A stretch of DNA of 64,000 bases from an uncultured Candidatus Saccharibacteria bacterium (GCA_964368135.1 CAYIZI010000002.1:16241-80240); one strand, 5' to 3'; positions 34,057 through 45,191 are shown, counted from the stretch's first letter. The notes: generated from the letters alone by a model not told the origin. Numbers and translations: made by a program.

Positions 34057-35133
34057 TCAGCTTAAAGTGTTTTTGATAAAATTAACCAAGCTCTTTTTAG
34101 TAATTGATTCTTTATTACCAATAATATCTACGGCTAAAGCCCCAACTGCATTTCCGATGAAACAGATCAGTTCCAGAGGAACTTTGTTATAGATTAAGGG
34201 CGAACTAATGGCAAAAAAGGCGTCGCCAGCACCAACTTTATCAATATCCTTAACTGCAATAGAGGGGACTTTACACACCTCTATCTTGCTTTTATTTTTA
34301 TAACCAATAGAGCCGTTAGGTCCATGGGTAACAATCATAAATTTAGAGCGCACTTTTTCAAATATACCCTTAGCCACTTCCTCTAATTCGCCGTCTTTTG
34401 TCCGGCGATCCAATCTAATTTCCCGCTCATCAAGACATAAATAATCTGCTTTTGGATAAAAAGAGATGGTATGATAACCAAAGTTACCGGCATTAACTTG
34501 AGTATTCACCGACAAAAACTTAGCCTTAGCGACTAAAAGATCTCTTGATTTTTGATTGAGCATAGCATGACCGAAATCTGTACAAACTACTAAATCGTAT
34601 TTGGAAAGAAGCGGCTTTAATTTTTTAACCAATTCATCAGTTTGCTCTTTGGTTAATTCACTATCATCTATTACATAAAATTCCAAAAGCTTGCGAAAGG
34701 TAACGTCTTCCAAGAATCTCCTTTTAATTATTGTCGGCGAACTTTTCTTATAAAAAAACAGCGGCTTTATATTCTTTCTTAAATTCTGCCTTATAAATCT
34801 CTCCTGCGAATCTTTTTCGCCAAGCATCGCAAAAAGACCAACTTCTTTGCAAAAATCGGCTAAATGATTAGCCACGGCTAAAGAGCCACCGGGATATAAC
34901 TCCCTTTTTATATATTTCAAGACGATTATCGGTTCTTTGGCTGACTTACCGATCACCGAACCAAATTGGTACTCATCAATAATTGCTTCGCCAACCACCA
35001 GAACTTTTAAGTCTTTAAGATTTTCAAGGCATTCCAAAATGTAATCAAGAGAATATTGCTTGGAAAACTGCTTCAAATAATTTTGAACCTCTTCAGAATA
35101 ATAATTTTGGGGCGATGATTTGATTTCAGTCAT
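34057..35133 (-). CDS. PfkB-family carbohydrate kinase (HldE domain I / heptose-7-phosphate kinase-like)
   Basis: Ribokinase-fold motifs: the N-terminal GEAIIDEY and the C-terminal VGAGDAFFA anion hole. Confidence 0.6.
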   Translation of the reverse strand: MTEIKSSPQNYYSEEVQNYLKQFSKQYSLDYILECLENLKDLKVLVVGEAIIDEYQFGSVIGKSAKEPIIVLKYIKRELYPGGSLAVANHLADFCKEVGLFAMLGEKDSQERFIRQNLRKNIKPLFFYKKSSPTIIKRRFLEDVTFRKLLEFYVIDDSELTKEQTDELVKKLKPLLSKYDLVVCTDFGHAMLNQKSRDLLVAKAKFLSVNTQVNAGNFGYHTISFYPKADYLCLDEREIRLDRRTKDGELEEVAKGIFEKVRSKFMIVTHGPNGSIGYKNKSKIEVCKVPSIAVKDIDKVGAGDAFFAISSPLIYNKVPLELICFIGNAVGALAVDIIGNKESITKKSLVNFIKNTLS

Positions 35134-35271
35134 AGTTAATACTTCCCCTTCTCTTTTAAACTAAACAATACTATAATAGATTATAGAAACTTTCTGTTTC
35201 TGTCCAGAACCTTTTTGGGTTCTGATGAACCTTCAAAAAACAGAATAAAGTGAAACATAAGGAGACCGACA

Positions 35272-37353
35272 ATGTCTGACGAACGGCTTACCGTTTATCT
35301 GGCTGACCTCACCCACACCGGCCAGCTAATCGCCACTAATTTCCATCCTTTGGCGATTGGGCTGATCGCTGCCTACGCCCAAAAAACGCTTGGCGACGCG
35401 GTGGAGGTTGAGCTTTTTAGGTATCCAGAAGATCTGAAGGCCGCCCTGGAAAGACGGCCGCCCCAAATTTTGGGGTTTTCAAACTACTCCTGGAACTGCA
35501 ATCTCGCTTACGAGTTTGCCAAGCGGGCAAAACAAAAGTATCCACGGACGGTCATTGTAGGCGGGGGTCCTAACTATGGGCTCTCAAGAGAAGAACAAGA
35601 AAGGTTCTGGCGCCGCTATCCCCTTCTTGATTTTTACGTAGTCAAAGAAGGAGAAATGAGCCTAATCGAGTTGATCGGTGCCTTGACTCGATATGAATTC
35701 AATGTGGCAGCCCTAAAGAACGACGGAACGATAATTCCCAACTGCCACTACGTTCAGGGCGGCAAATTCGTCTGCGGAGAGCTTCTTGATCGCCTCAAAA
35801 GCTTAGACGAAATTCCATCGCCTTACCTCGCCGGGTTGATGGACAAGTTCTTCGACAACATCCTCATCCCGATGACCCACACCACCCGAGGCTGCCCCTT
35901 TAGATGCACTTTCTGCACCGAGGGAGTAAGCTACTTCAACAGGGTGGCGAGGCGAGCTAACCTGGGCATTCTGGCTGAAGAGCTGGAATACATCGCCCGG
36001 AGAGTCGGAACGGTCCAGGATCTGATTATCACCGATGCGAACTTCGGGATGTTCAAAGAAGACATTGAAAAAGCGAAGATAATCGCCGTCATCCAGGCAA
36101 GACACGGCTGGCCACGGCACATTCATGTTTCTGGAGGAAAAAACCAGAAAGAGCGGCTCTTGGAAGTGGCTTCGCTGATCAATGGGGCCATGAACGTCGC
36201 GGCCTCGCTTCAGTCAACCGACAAACAGGTCCTGCTGAACATCAAACGCTCCAATATCTCGGTTGAAGAGCTCAGCCAGGTTGGACTAAAAGGAGGCGAA
36301 ATAGACGCCAACACCTATGCCGAAATCATTCTGGGGCTCCCGGGCGATTCTTTGAAAGCCCACACTCAAAGTCTTCGGGATGCGGTCAATGCCGGCTTGA
36401 GCTTCCTGCGGCTCTACCAGCTGATTATGCTCTACGACACCGAACTGAACACGCCGGAAACCCGAAGGGCTTTCGGGATGCAGACGAGGTTCCGGGTAAT
36501 GCCGCGGTGCTTTGGCCAGTATCAGCTTTTCAACGAAACTTTCCCTTGCGCCGAGACCGAAGAAATCTGCGTGGCCCAGGACTCGCTCTCTCTTGACGAC
36601 TACCTCTCCTGCCGGGAGCTGGACCTGACCGTGGAAATCGTCCACAATGTTCATCTCTTCAGAGAACTCTTCGGCCTCTGTAAAAGAATCAGTTTCCCCT
36701 GGTTTGACTTTCTGCTTCGGTTCCACGAAAGACACAAAGAGTATAGCCCGGCCCTGGCCGAGCTTTACGACAAATTCAGGGAAAACACTATTAGAGCATT
36801 GTGGGTGTCAGAAGAAGAAGCTCAAGCCTATGCCCAAGAACATCTCGAACAGTATATCTCGCACGAACTCGGGGTGAACGAGCTGTTCACGGCAAAAGCG
36901 GTAGCTTTCTTCCTCCTGCAGGACCAACTACGCGAGGCGCTCTTCAAAGAAACAAAGATACTCATGCAGGAACTTGGCCAGCTTGATCCAATGATGTCTT
37001 TGTATCTTGATGAGCTAAAGGAGTTTTCAAGACTCCGGAAAGGAGACCTTCTTAAAACCGAGGTTGGTCTTGAAGGAAAGTTCCACTTTGACTTCAGGGC
37101 CATAATGAGCCGGGATTTCTGCGTCGATCCCAGTGAGTACGTACTGGATTCGCCGCTTGTCTACCATTTCTCGCATAGCAATGAACAAAGGAAAGCGATT
37201 CAAAGCTATGTCCATCAGTATGGTCTGGGAGTGGTCGGACTCGGCCGAATCCTGATGCGAGCCCATGTAAAACGGCTCTTCCGGAACGTCACCAGGCCCG
37301 GAGAGCCAATCTCAACAGAACCTTCTCAAACAATGCACGCACTAAACCTTTAA
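35272..37353 (+). CDS. B12-binding domain radical SAM protein (second, paralogous architecture)
   Basis: N-terminal B12-binding-like domain plus CPFRCTFC (CxxxCxxC); 693 aa. High GC (about 55%). AAGGAG Shine-Dalgarno. Confidence 0.7.
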   Translation: MSDERLTVYLADLTHTGQLIATNFHPLAIGLIAAYAQKTLGDAVEVELFRYPEDLKAALERRPPQILGFSNYSWNCNLAYEFAKRAKQKYPRTVIVGGGPNYGLSREEQERFWRRYPLLDFYVVKEGEMSLIELIGALTRYEFNVAALKNDGTIIPNCHYVQGGKFVCGELLDRLKSLDEIPSPYLAGLMDKFFDNILIPMTHTTRGCPFRCTFCTEGVSYFNRVARRANLGILAEELEYIARRVGTVQDLIITDANFGMFKEDIEKAKIIAVIQARHGWPRHIHVSGGKNQKERLLEVASLINGAMNVAASLQSTDKQVLLNIKRSNISVEELSQVGLKGGEIDANTYAEIILGLPGDSLKAHTQSLRDAVNAGLSFLRLYQLIMLYDTELNTPETRRAFGMQTRFRVMPRCFGQYQLFNETFPCAETEEICVAQDSLSLDDYLSCRELDLTVEIVHNVHLFRELFGLCKRISFPWFDFLLRFHERHKEYSPALAELYDKFRENTIRALWVSEEEAQAYAQEHLEQYISHELGVNELFTAKAVAFFLLQDQLREALFKETKILMQELGQLDPMMSLYLDELKEFSRLRKGDLLKTEVGLEGKFHFDFRAIMSRDFCVDPSEYVLDSPLVYHFSHSNEQRKAIQSYVHQYGLGVVGLGRILMRAHVKRLFRNVTRPGEPISTEPSQTMHALNL

Positions 37354-37375
37354 CCACCTGAAAGGAGGTGTCATA

Positions 37376-37413
37376 AGAGGCGAAACCCACGCCTCTTCTT
37401 TTTTTATTTTTTT
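37376..37413 (+). terminator. rho-independent terminator of the second radical SAM gene
   Basis: AGAGGCG-aaaccca-CGCCTCT hairpin followed by TCTTTTTTTATTTTTTT. Confidence 0.7.
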
Positions 37414-38600
37414 ATCAAATATGGCCAATCTAAAATTGACTCATCTGCATTATCTAAATCTAATCCCTTTTTCCATTTTTCTTTATTAACTTTATCTAAC
37501 AAATCTTCAAACTCTTTAATCAATAATTCCGGCGTTTCACGCTCCCAGATTAATTTTTGAAGCTCTTTATTCTGCCAAGGTAAAAGATTATCAGACTTGA
37601 ACCACCAGTTATAATTATAGCTGATATCCGGGGCATGAAAGCTTACAATAATATAGGGAATATTTTCACTCAAAATGGCAAAAGAAGCAGGTCCGGAAGA
37701 AGTAGCCATATAAAAAAGAGAATACTTGATAAATCCAAAAGTATGTTGGATATTAGTATTGTAATCCTGGGCAAAAATTAAGTTAGGCAGTTTTTGAAAC
37801 TCTTTTGGAATCTCACTTTTTCTACTCAATATAATGAAAGCAATATTTTTATGTTTCTTTGAACAATAATCAAAAAAATCCACCCAAGCACCTATTTTGG
37901 CGTTGCGGTGTTGGGCAAAAAATGGATTCATCCGCAAATTTACCGCAACTAGATATCTATCTTTGATATATTTTTTTATAAATGCTCTAACCCATAAGTT
38001 TGCAGCTTCGGGTAATTCAATCTCTGATAAAAATCTCTCCTTATTATAAAAGCGCCGCAAGAATCGGTAATAGCCGCGAGCAAAGCTTTGATTATTCGCA
38101 TATTTAAAAATTGAGGGACAGATAAAGTATCGGCTATGATTTTTAGCTAAGAATGACTCAAGCTCATCTTTTGAGTTAAAAATAAAAACCGAGCCAAGTT
38201 TCGGATTTACATTTAAAAGAGGAAAAAGCTCGGCTAAATGATAATGAAAATTATCTTTATTTATCCAAGAAGTGTACTTCCAATGGCCGACCGGACTTTC
38301 TGGGTTATAAACCAAAGCCATATCAATTTTATCAACCTTCCTAAGATGAGCCTCGCATAAAAGCCGGATCTGGAATTCAAGCATATTCCCGACAGCCACA
38401 TCAGTTACCTTAAAATCATTAATACCTAAAATTCTTTTTTCTTTTTCTACGGTTGGTATTTTTGACCGCTTTTTTATCATGTATGAAACCAAATGGAAAA
38501 AGCCTAAAAAATTCATTTTATACCAACGCTGATAGACTACGTATCTTAACCAATTAACTATCTTCTCTAAAAATTTTTGATTTTGTATTTCGAATTGCAT
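37404..38600 (-). CDS. hypothetical protein, possible GT-B glycosyltransferase (GT9 heptosyltransferase-like C-terminal motif)
   Basis: 398 aa. The C-terminal MATSSGPASFAILSENIPYIIV loosely resembles the GT9 DSGPxHLAAA motif. Weak. Confidence 0.3.
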   Translation of the reverse strand: MQFEIQNQKFLEKIVNWLRYVVYQRWYKMNFLGFFHLVSYMIKKRSKIPTVEKEKRILGINDFKVTDVAVGNMLEFQIRLLCEAHLRKVDKIDMALVYNPESPVGHWKYTSWINKDNFHYHLAELFPLLNVNPKLGSVFIFNSKDELESFLAKNHSRYFICPSIFKYANNQSFARGYYRFLRRFYNKERFLSEIELPEAANLWVRAFIKKYIKDRYLVAVNLRMNPFFAQHRNAKIGAWVDFFDYCSKKHKNIAFIILSRKSEIPKEFQKLPNLIFAQDYNTNIQHTFGFIKYSLFYMATSSGPASFAILSENIPYIIVSFHAPDISYNYNWWFKSDNLLPWQNKELQKLIWERETPELLIKEFEDLLDKVNKEKWKKGLDLDNADESILDWPYLIKK

Positions 38601-38616
38601 TTCTTTTGCCTATTTC

Positions 38617-39879
38617 TTATATGGAGGTATATTTTTTCTTATCTTTTAAAAATAAAGTTAAAGTAATCAAACTTACGATTGTTGAGGTAGCTATTCTTGA
38701 AACGACCGCCCCCCAAAGACCGAATTTAGGAATTAAAATAATAAAAAAACCAAGAAGAGAAAAATCATTAAGCACTTTTAAAAAATACAGTCTTTTAACC
38801 TCCACTTTGGCAAGCCAGATATAATTAATAAATGAAAACATTACGAATACAATCGGAAGGGCTAAAATGATCGAGTATTTGACTGATCCCACATAAGCCG
38901 GGAAAAAAAATCTATAAGCCCACGGAAGGATGGTTATATAACCGATAACAATAAAAACCCCAGCCAAAGTAGCGAATAATAATTTTCTCCCAATTGCAGA
39001 ATATATTTCTGGATAGCTTCTTTTAGCAAACCTCGGCAGAGCTATTTCCGGAACAATCTCTACAAGCCCCTGAAGTTTTCTAATTGGAAGAAGGGCAAAT
39101 TTATAAATAGCTAACTCTACCGGACCAACTAAATGAAACATTAAAAGCTGGTCTATTCTTTTAACTATAACGCCGGCAATATTCATGAAAGTTAAATGCA
39201 TTCCAAAACGTTTAGTTTCAGCAGAAACCTTTCTATTATTTTGATATTTTTTGATGATCCAAAATAGAAAAATAAAATAAGCTAAAGATGAAGGAATAAA
39301 ATATGCCAAAAGAATATAAGGCACATAACTTGTATTAAAAAGAACAATAATCATTACTGCCACTGAAACCGATGTCACTACAGAGTTTACTAAAGGTATT
39401 TTTGAAAATAAACCCTTTGCCCTTAAAAAGTTGTAAAGAATCTTTGATATTAAACTAAAAGGTAAAAAAATAGAAACAATTAAAAAAGATAAGGCAAACA
39501 TATTATTGCCCATTTGAAGATAATACAAAGTGAAGCCGAGAGCGATTAAAGACGAAATCAGACCGTATCTTAATTTATACTGAACCCCTCTTTGGAGTTC
39601 TCCTTCAAAACCCTGGGCCACGCTTTTTGTAACCGCATACGGAAGTCCGCTGATTGCAAAAACTGCAAAAATTTCAACCCACGTTTGAATAAGACTATAT
39701 GTTCCATAAGCAGCCTGGGGAATTAATCTTGCAAATGCTATTGCTTGAATAAATGCTCCAACGTTGGAAATAACCTGGTCCAAAACCGACCAAGAGCCTC
39801 CCTTTAAAACATAATGAAAATCAATGCCAGTGATTTGAGTAAACTTATCTATATAAAATTTTATCTTGTTTTTAAGCAT
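38617..39879 (-). CDS. Wzx-type polysaccharide/O-unit flippase (MOP superfamily)
   Basis: 420 aa with about 12-14 TM helices; N-terminal pattern typical of O-antigen/teichoic acid export proteins. Confidence 0.65.
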   Translation of the reverse strand: MLKNKIKFYIDKFTQITGIDFHYVLKGGSWSVLDQVISNVGAFIQAIAFARLIPQAAYGTYSLIQTWVEIFAVFAISGLPYAVTKSVAQGFEGELQRGVQYKLRYGLISSLIALGFTLYYLQMGNNMFALSFLIVSIFLPFSLISKILYNFLRAKGLFSKIPLVNSVVTSVSVAVMIIVLFNTSYVPYILLAYFIPSSLAYFIFLFWIIKKYQNNRKVSAETKRFGMHLTFMNIAGVIVKRIDQLLMFHLVGPVELAIYKFALLPIRKLQGLVEIVPEIALPRFAKRSYPEIYSAIGRKLLFATLAGVFIVIGYITILPWAYRFFFPAYVGSVKYSIILALPIVFVMFSFINYIWLAKVEVKRLYFLKVLNDFSLLGFFIILIPKFGLWGAVVSRIATSTIVSLITLTLFLKDKKKYTSI

Positions 39880-41263
39880 TAGTTTTTACTGAACCTAACA
39901 CATAAGAAGCTATTTTTTCGGCTGCCTTGCCGTCAAATTTCCAGCAGTAGGCCTGCTTAAAAACTTTCCTTTTGTCGCTGTCAAGCGAAGGGTCATCAAG
40001 ATATTTATTAATCCATTCAGCTAATTCTTCCTTATTCTTAACCAAAGGAGTCATCCCGAAACTCATCCAGGAAATTTGATTTTCTTCAAACCGCCATCTT
40101 CTTGGAAGGCTTCGTAGAAAGGGCACATCTTTTGGTTTTTCCCAGCCGTCAAAATTAATGGTAATCAACGGTTTATCAAATATTGATACATCAATAATAA
40201 TTGAAGACATAGAATTAATAATTAAAGAAGAATAATGCAAAGAGTCAAAAATATGCTGGAAAAAAGTTTCGTTATCCAGTTCGCCTTCTTTTTTGCCTTT
40301 CTCTAACTGGCTGGGTTTAGCCGGTCCGGGCGCATCAATTATAAAATTTTCGTCCGGCACAAATTTTGACAAATCAACCGGCAAAAAAGGATGGAGACGT
40401 ATAATAAACTGAACATCTTGAGGAATCTTTTTCTCCTTATATAAATCTTTCAATATTTGGCAGGTTTGCCAATCAGTATCAATAAAAAAATGGCCGGCCG
40501 GAGCGAATAAAATCAATCTTTTATTCGGATCGGCTCCTATTTTTTTATAGAAATCATCTCGCGGACTCGGTTTCATCTCCAAGTATTTTTCAAACTGGGG
40601 TATGCCGCTCAAACAAATAATATTTTCGCTGATATTGTGATACCTTAACATATCTTTTTTCATCACTTCATTGTGAACTATTAATTTGTCTGGAATAAAT
40701 CGCAGATAACCCACGGCTGTAGTGTTATCCCAAGACCGCAGCATAGCGACAGTTTTTATACCTAAATATTTAGTATTTTTAAGCAAAATTGAGTCGGAAT
40801 CATTAAAAACATCGGTCACAAAAACAATATCCGGATTATATCTATCAAAATAAACCTGGAACGGTCTGGGATTGTTTAATTTGTAATCAAGCCAGCGGAT
40901 AAATTTTTTAAACGGTGTGATGGGGGCAAAAATTTTCGTAAAAACAAGAGAAAAATAATATTTTGGTCTGTTCCCTACTTTCTTTAGGGCTTCCATTTTA
41001 TGAAACTTCATTACATTTGTATCAAGAAGCCATTCGGCCATTCTAATAAAAAACTTATTTCTCCCGCTTCTGATTTCCTGATTCAAATCAATTCCTTCAA
41101 CGATTACGTTGTCTTTTTGATAAATATCTCTAAAGTAATTTTCTTTGTCTTTAAAAACAAAAAGAACTACCCGTGCTTTCTTAGCCAAATTGTCTAAGAC
41201 GCCAGAATTTAAAATATTCTTGGTAACAAAAGGGTGAAAATTAGACAAAAAAATGGTTTTCAT
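39872..41263 (-). CDS. hypothetical protein (candidate glycosyl-/glycerophospho-transferase of the glycan cluster)
   Basis: 463 aa soluble ORF with no diagnostic motif. Its position between the flippase and the aminotransferase suggests a transferase. Confidence 0.3.
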   Translation of the reverse strand: MKTIFLSNFHPFVTKNILNSGVLDNLAKKARVVLFVFKDKENYFRDIYQKDNVIVEGIDLNQEIRSGRNKFFIRMAEWLLDTNVMKFHKMEALKKVGNRPKYYFSLVFTKIFAPITPFKKFIRWLDYKLNNPRPFQVYFDRYNPDIVFVTDVFNDSDSILLKNTKYLGIKTVAMLRSWDNTTAVGYLRFIPDKLIVHNEVMKKDMLRYHNISENIICLSGIPQFEKYLEMKPSPRDDFYKKIGADPNKRLILFAPAGHFFIDTDWQTCQILKDLYKEKKIPQDVQFIIRLHPFLPVDLSKFVPDENFIIDAPGPAKPSQLEKGKKEGELDNETFFQHIFDSLHYSSLIINSMSSIIIDVSIFDKPLITINFDGWEKPKDVPFLRSLPRRWRFEENQISWMSFGMTPLVKNKEELAEWINKYLDDPSLDSDKRKVFKQAYCWKFDGKAAEKIASYVLGSVKTNA

Positions 41264-42357
41264 AACAAACTTTTAACTTTGTTGATAATATAATCTTGCT
41301 CCTTTTTGGTTAAACTCGGGTAAAGAGGCAAAGTTATGGTTGAAAACCCAAGTTTTTCGGCAATCGGGAAGTCGCCTGGCTTAAAGCCAAATGTCTTCCG
41401 GTAATACGGCTCAAGGTGAATCGGATTAAAATGAATTGAGGTCTGAATACCGGCTTTTTTCAGTTCTTCCCTGATTTTATCTCGTTTCTCTGGCTCTACC
41501 CAAATTATAAACATATGATAAGCGTGTTTTGAATTTGGGACTTCTTTCGGAAAAAAAAGCCCATCTATATCTTTTAGTTTTGCCGCATAATACTTCCAAA
41601 GTTTTTTTCTTACTTGATATTGTTTGTCAATTCTCTTTAACTGGCCTAAAAGTAAAGCCGCCTGAAAACTGGTCAAAGAATACTTATAACCAAGCATGGT
41701 CATAAATCTGGCTTCGCCGGTTCTGACTACTCCGCCTTCGCCATATAATTTAAGTCTCTCGGCAGTTTCTTTATTATTTGATGTAGCTAATCCGCCTTCG
41801 CCAGAAGTAATATTTTTCGCCACATGAAAACTGAAACAGGCAGAAAAACTTTTTTGACCAGGCCTGATGCCGCCTCTCCTCGCCTCAATCGCATGGCAGG
41901 CATCTTCAATAATTTTCAATTTATACTTGTCGGCAGTCCTCTTTAAATTTTTCATATCAGCCATCTGGCCATAGAGATGAACCGGAATTATAGCTTTGGT
42001 CTTTTTAGTTATCGCTTTTTTTACTTTTGAAACATCAATCAAACCTGTTTCTGGTTCAACATCAACAAAAACCGGCTTGGCCCCGACATACAAAATCGCA
42101 TTACTTGTGGCGACATAAGATAAAGGGGTGGTAATTACTTCATCGCCTGGCCCCACTCCGGCCGCCAACAAAGAAACATGCAAAGCCGCTGTGCCGCTTG
42201 AATTTAAAACCGTGTCTTTTACTCCAAGATATTTGGCAAACTTTTCCTCAAACTCTTTTGAAATATTATTATAAGTCAGCCAGCCTGATTTGATGGCTTT
42301 GACTGCTTCTTTAATATCACTCTCGGTTATATATGGATTAAGAAATTGAATTTTCAT
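41260..42357 (-). CDS. DegT/DnrJ/EryC1/StrS-family PLP-dependent sugar aminotransferase
   Basis: N-terminal E..V.....SGW.T pattern and the active-site lysine region (SFHVAKNITSGEGG). Confidence 0.8.
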   Translation of the reverse strand: MKIQFLNPYITESDIKEAVKAIKSGWLTYNNISKEFEEKFAKYLGVKDTVLNSSGTAALHVSLLAAGVGPGDEVITTPLSYVATSNAILYVGAKPVFVDVEPETGLIDVSKVKKAITKKTKAIIPVHLYGQMADMKNLKRTADKYKLKIIEDACHAIEARRGGIRPGQKSFSACFSFHVAKNITSGEGGLATSNNKETAERLKLYGEGGVVRTGEARFMTMLGYKYSLTSFQAALLLGQLKRIDKQYQVRKKLWKYYAAKLKDIDGLFFPKEVPNSKHAYHMFIIWVEPEKRDKIREELKKAGIQTSIHFNPIHLEPYYRKTFGFKPGDFPIAEKLGFSTITLPLYPSLTKKEQDYIINKVKSLL

Positions 42358-43075
42358 TGGAAAAAATTAATAATTTATACTTTGATTTTTTTGATCCGCT
42401 TAAGAAAGTAAACCACTCCCCTGCTTTGGTCAAAAAATAACTGACAAAATTAGCGCCCAGGTGATGGAAAAGAAAACTGTCTATAAAATTAACCGGCCTG
42501 ACTTCTTGAAGCTTTAAATTATGATTACCAAATCGTTCCACCAATTCTTTGGACGTCTCAACCTCTTTGTATCCTAAGCCTTTTTGAAATTCCGGTACTT
42601 CTTCTGGAAAATACTCAAGTAAAAAAATTTGAGCGCCTTTTTTCATTCTTTGGAAATAATTTAAAAGTGCCTCCCGGGATTCTTTGGGCATATGGACATA
42701 TACTGTGGTCATCACGACTGCATCTGCATTCTTAACCGCTTCTTCAGCGGCCGGACTTGGAACTGGTCCTTCTAAAAACTCAACTTTACTCTTACTGCCG
42801 TGCTTTCGCCTGGCTATTTCAATATTAAAAGGAAAATCAAAACCGTAAATTTTAGCGCCATCGTCAATTATTCTGCTTAACGCCGATGTGTAATCACCTA
42901 CTCCGCAGCCAATATCAACTATTGTTTTTAAACCCTTAAAATCGTTTCTTTTAAATGCGCTGGTCCTGATTTCAAAAGCATATTTATCTTGCCATTTGTT
43001 ATTGTAATGACAAGGACTGTCGCTTTTTTCAGCCTTTTCCTGCCAGTATTTTTTTACCCCTTCGTAATTATACAT
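42338..43075 (-). CDS. class I SAM-dependent methyltransferase
   Basis: IVDIGCGVGDYT motif I. Confidence 0.6.
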   Translation of the reverse strand: MYNYEGVKKYWQEKAEKSDSPCHYNNKWQDKYAFEIRTSAFKRNDFKGLKTIVDIGCGVGDYTSALSRIIDDGAKIYGFDFPFNIEIARRKHGSKSKVEFLEGPVPSPAAEEAVKNADAVVMTTVYVHMPKESREALLNYFQRMKKGAQIFLLEYFPEEVPEFQKGLGYKEVETSKELVERFGNHNLKLQEVRPVNFIDSFLFHHLGANFVSYFLTKAGEWFTFLSGSKKSKYKLLIFSNENSIS

Positions 43076-43079
43076 TGTC

Positions 43080-44219
43080 TTATTTATTGATTACTTGATT
43101 ATAAACATCAAGATAAAATTTCGCGGTATGATCCCAGGTATTTTTGGCGGCTTCGGAAACAGAATTTTTTATCATTTCTTGGTGTAATTTATGGTTGCCC
43201 AAAATTTTTCTTATTGCTTCGGCAATTCCTTGAATATTATCTTCATCAACTAAAAATCCATTGTAGCCGTCTTTAACCACATACTCAGAGCCAAAGCCAC
43301 GAGTGGTGATTACCGGTGCTCCAGAAGCCTGCGCTTCGTAGTAAACCATCGGAAACCCCTCAAAGGCGCCATCTCTTGTTTGAGCCGCCAAAACCATAAT
43401 CGCGCATCGATTATATAGCTCTCGAAGCTGGTCATCGGTCACCCGGCCAACAAAATGAACTTTATTTTCAAGGTTGTGTTTTTTTATCAGCTCTATTAAG
43501 TAGTTAACAAATCCTTCGGCTGATTTCGTTTCACCGACGACTTTATAGTGTAAATTCGGAAATTCATTTTTTAACAAAGCCAGCGCCTGAATAGTCACAT
43601 CAGCGCCCTTTCTGGGTTTGACTCCGCCAACTGTAAATATGAAAGGCGGGTCTTCTTTTTTAACATTTTCCATCTGATAAAAAGTTTTCGGATCAACTCC
43701 GAATGGGATAAACTTCCAAAATTTCAGCTTAACTACTTGTTCTATTAATTCAATATTTTTCAACGAACCGGTAGCCACCAACGAGGCGCGCTTATACATT
43801 AATTTCATCAGTTGTCTTTTTACAAAATCTTTAGGACTGTATCCGCGGGGTGGCACTGAATAGGTTCCGGCAATGGTCAAAAAAAATGGAATTCCTAAAA
43901 AAACACTGGCTAAAGCCGCCCCTGGCGCAAACGGTTCCATCATACTATGAATACCGTCACAGCCGCGAAAATACTTTAGAGAGTTTAAAAAAACATTTAA
44001 TTGGGTTTTCAAATTAAAACTATTGTCTTTAGTCGGCAAGACTTTATGGATTTTTAAAGTATCATTCTCATTGCTGGCATCTTTTCTGGTTAAGACAACG
44101 GTATCTACTTGTTTTGCCGCCGATTCTATTATCCCTTTTGAATATCTGTCCCAGCCGCCATGTGAAGATAAAGATGAAGTCACGTATCCAATTTTAAGTT
44201 TTTGTTGCATACCATTCAT
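43080..44219 (-). CDS. glycosyltransferase family 4 (GT-B)
   Basis: C-terminal E..ASG.PVI donor-binding motif (YYEAQASGAPVITT). Confidence 0.7.
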   Translation of the reverse strand: MNGMQQKLKIGYVTSSLSSHGGWDRYSKGIIESAAKQVDTVVLTRKDASNENDTLKIHKVLPTKDNSFNLKTQLNVFLNSLKYFRGCDGIHSMMEPFAPGAALASVFLGIPFFLTIAGTYSVPPRGYSPKDFVKRQLMKLMYKRASLVATGSLKNIELIEQVVKLKFWKFIPFGVDPKTFYQMENVKKEDPPFIFTVGGVKPRKGADVTIQALALLKNEFPNLHYKVVGETKSAEGFVNYLIELIKKHNLENKVHFVGRVTDDQLRELYNRCAIMVLAAQTRDGAFEGFPMVYYEAQASGAPVITTRGFGSEYVVKDGYNGFLVDEDNIQGIAEAIRKILGNHKLHQEMIKNSVSEAAKNTWDHTAKFYLDVYNQVINK

Positions 44220-45189
44220 AAGTTTTTTTCAATCCTTCTGCTAATTTAGTTTTAGGCTCCCAACCGACATCTTTCTTAATTTGTTTAATTTCAGGGCATC
44301 TTCTTTGAACACTGCCAAAAGGCGCTGAATCTGATTTTACCCTTCTTGGTTTCCAGCCAGCTACTTTAAAAAGATTTTTAGCCAAATCTCTAATTTTTAA
44401 TTCCTCTGATGTGCCGATATGATAAGTTCTCCCATCTGTCTTCTTTGATTCCATAACCATAATCATTGCTTTCACTGCATCATCTATGTAGCAAAACGAG
44501 CGCGTATGGCTGACTCCATAAATTGGAAAAGGATCAACTTTTTTATTAATTCTTTTGATAAGTTCGGGAATTACATGGTCACTTCCCGCTCTTGGTCCGT
44601 AAAAATTATGAGGTCTGACGATAGACATCCTGAACTTATAATGATTAGCATAGTGAATTAAAAACTGCTCTCCTATCAGTTTTGTGCCAGCATAAGTCCA
44701 GCGGGGGTTATAAACATCGGAAACCAAAAGAGGAACACTTTCCGGAGTTGGCACCGGCAGCTTACCGAACAAATCTAAAGCTCCGGCATAAGCCTCATTT
44801 GAAGAAGTAAACAGAATTTTGGCATTCTTCTTTTTATTCTTTCTTATAAACCAATCAAGAATATTTATTAAAGTTAAGATGTTAATCCGCAAAACCTCGT
44901 GAGGTATTTTGTAAAAATACTTCGTCCCATTGATTGCCGCAAGATGATAAACATAGTCATAACTGGAACCCAATTTTTTTATTGATTTAGGATCAGTTAA
45001 ATCAGCTTTAATAAACTTAACCCCCGGTCTTTTCAGTAGATTTAGAAAGTATTTATCTGGTTTCCCGCGGAAAAAATTATCAACTAAAACCACTTCCTCG
45101 CCCAAATCCAAAAGGCGCTTTGCTAAATGATAACCGACAAATCCGGCTCCGCCGGTAATTAAATTTTTCTTTTTATTGTTATTATCCAT
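44194..45189 (-). CDS. NAD-dependent epimerase/dehydratase (UDP-glucuronate decarboxylase / dehydratase-like)
   Basis: ITGGAGFVGYHL Rossmann motif and YAGTK catalytic YxxxK. Confidence 0.7.
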   Translation of the reverse strand: MDNNNKKKNLITGGAGFVGYHLAKRLLDLGEEVVLVDNFFRGKPDKYFLNLLKRPGVKFIKADLTDPKSIKKLGSSYDYVYHLAAINGTKYFYKIPHEVLRINILTLINILDWFIRKNKKKNAKILFTSSNEAYAGALDLFGKLPVPTPESVPLLVSDVYNPRWTYAGTKLIGEQFLIHYANHYKFRMSIVRPHNFYGPRAGSDHVIPELIKRINKKVDPFPIYGVSHTRSFCYIDDAVKAMIMVMESKKTDGRTYHIGTSEELKIRDLAKNLFKVAGWKPRRVKSDSAPFGSVQRRCPEIKQIKKDVGWEPKTKLAEGLKKTYEWYATKT

Positions 45190-45191
45190 AA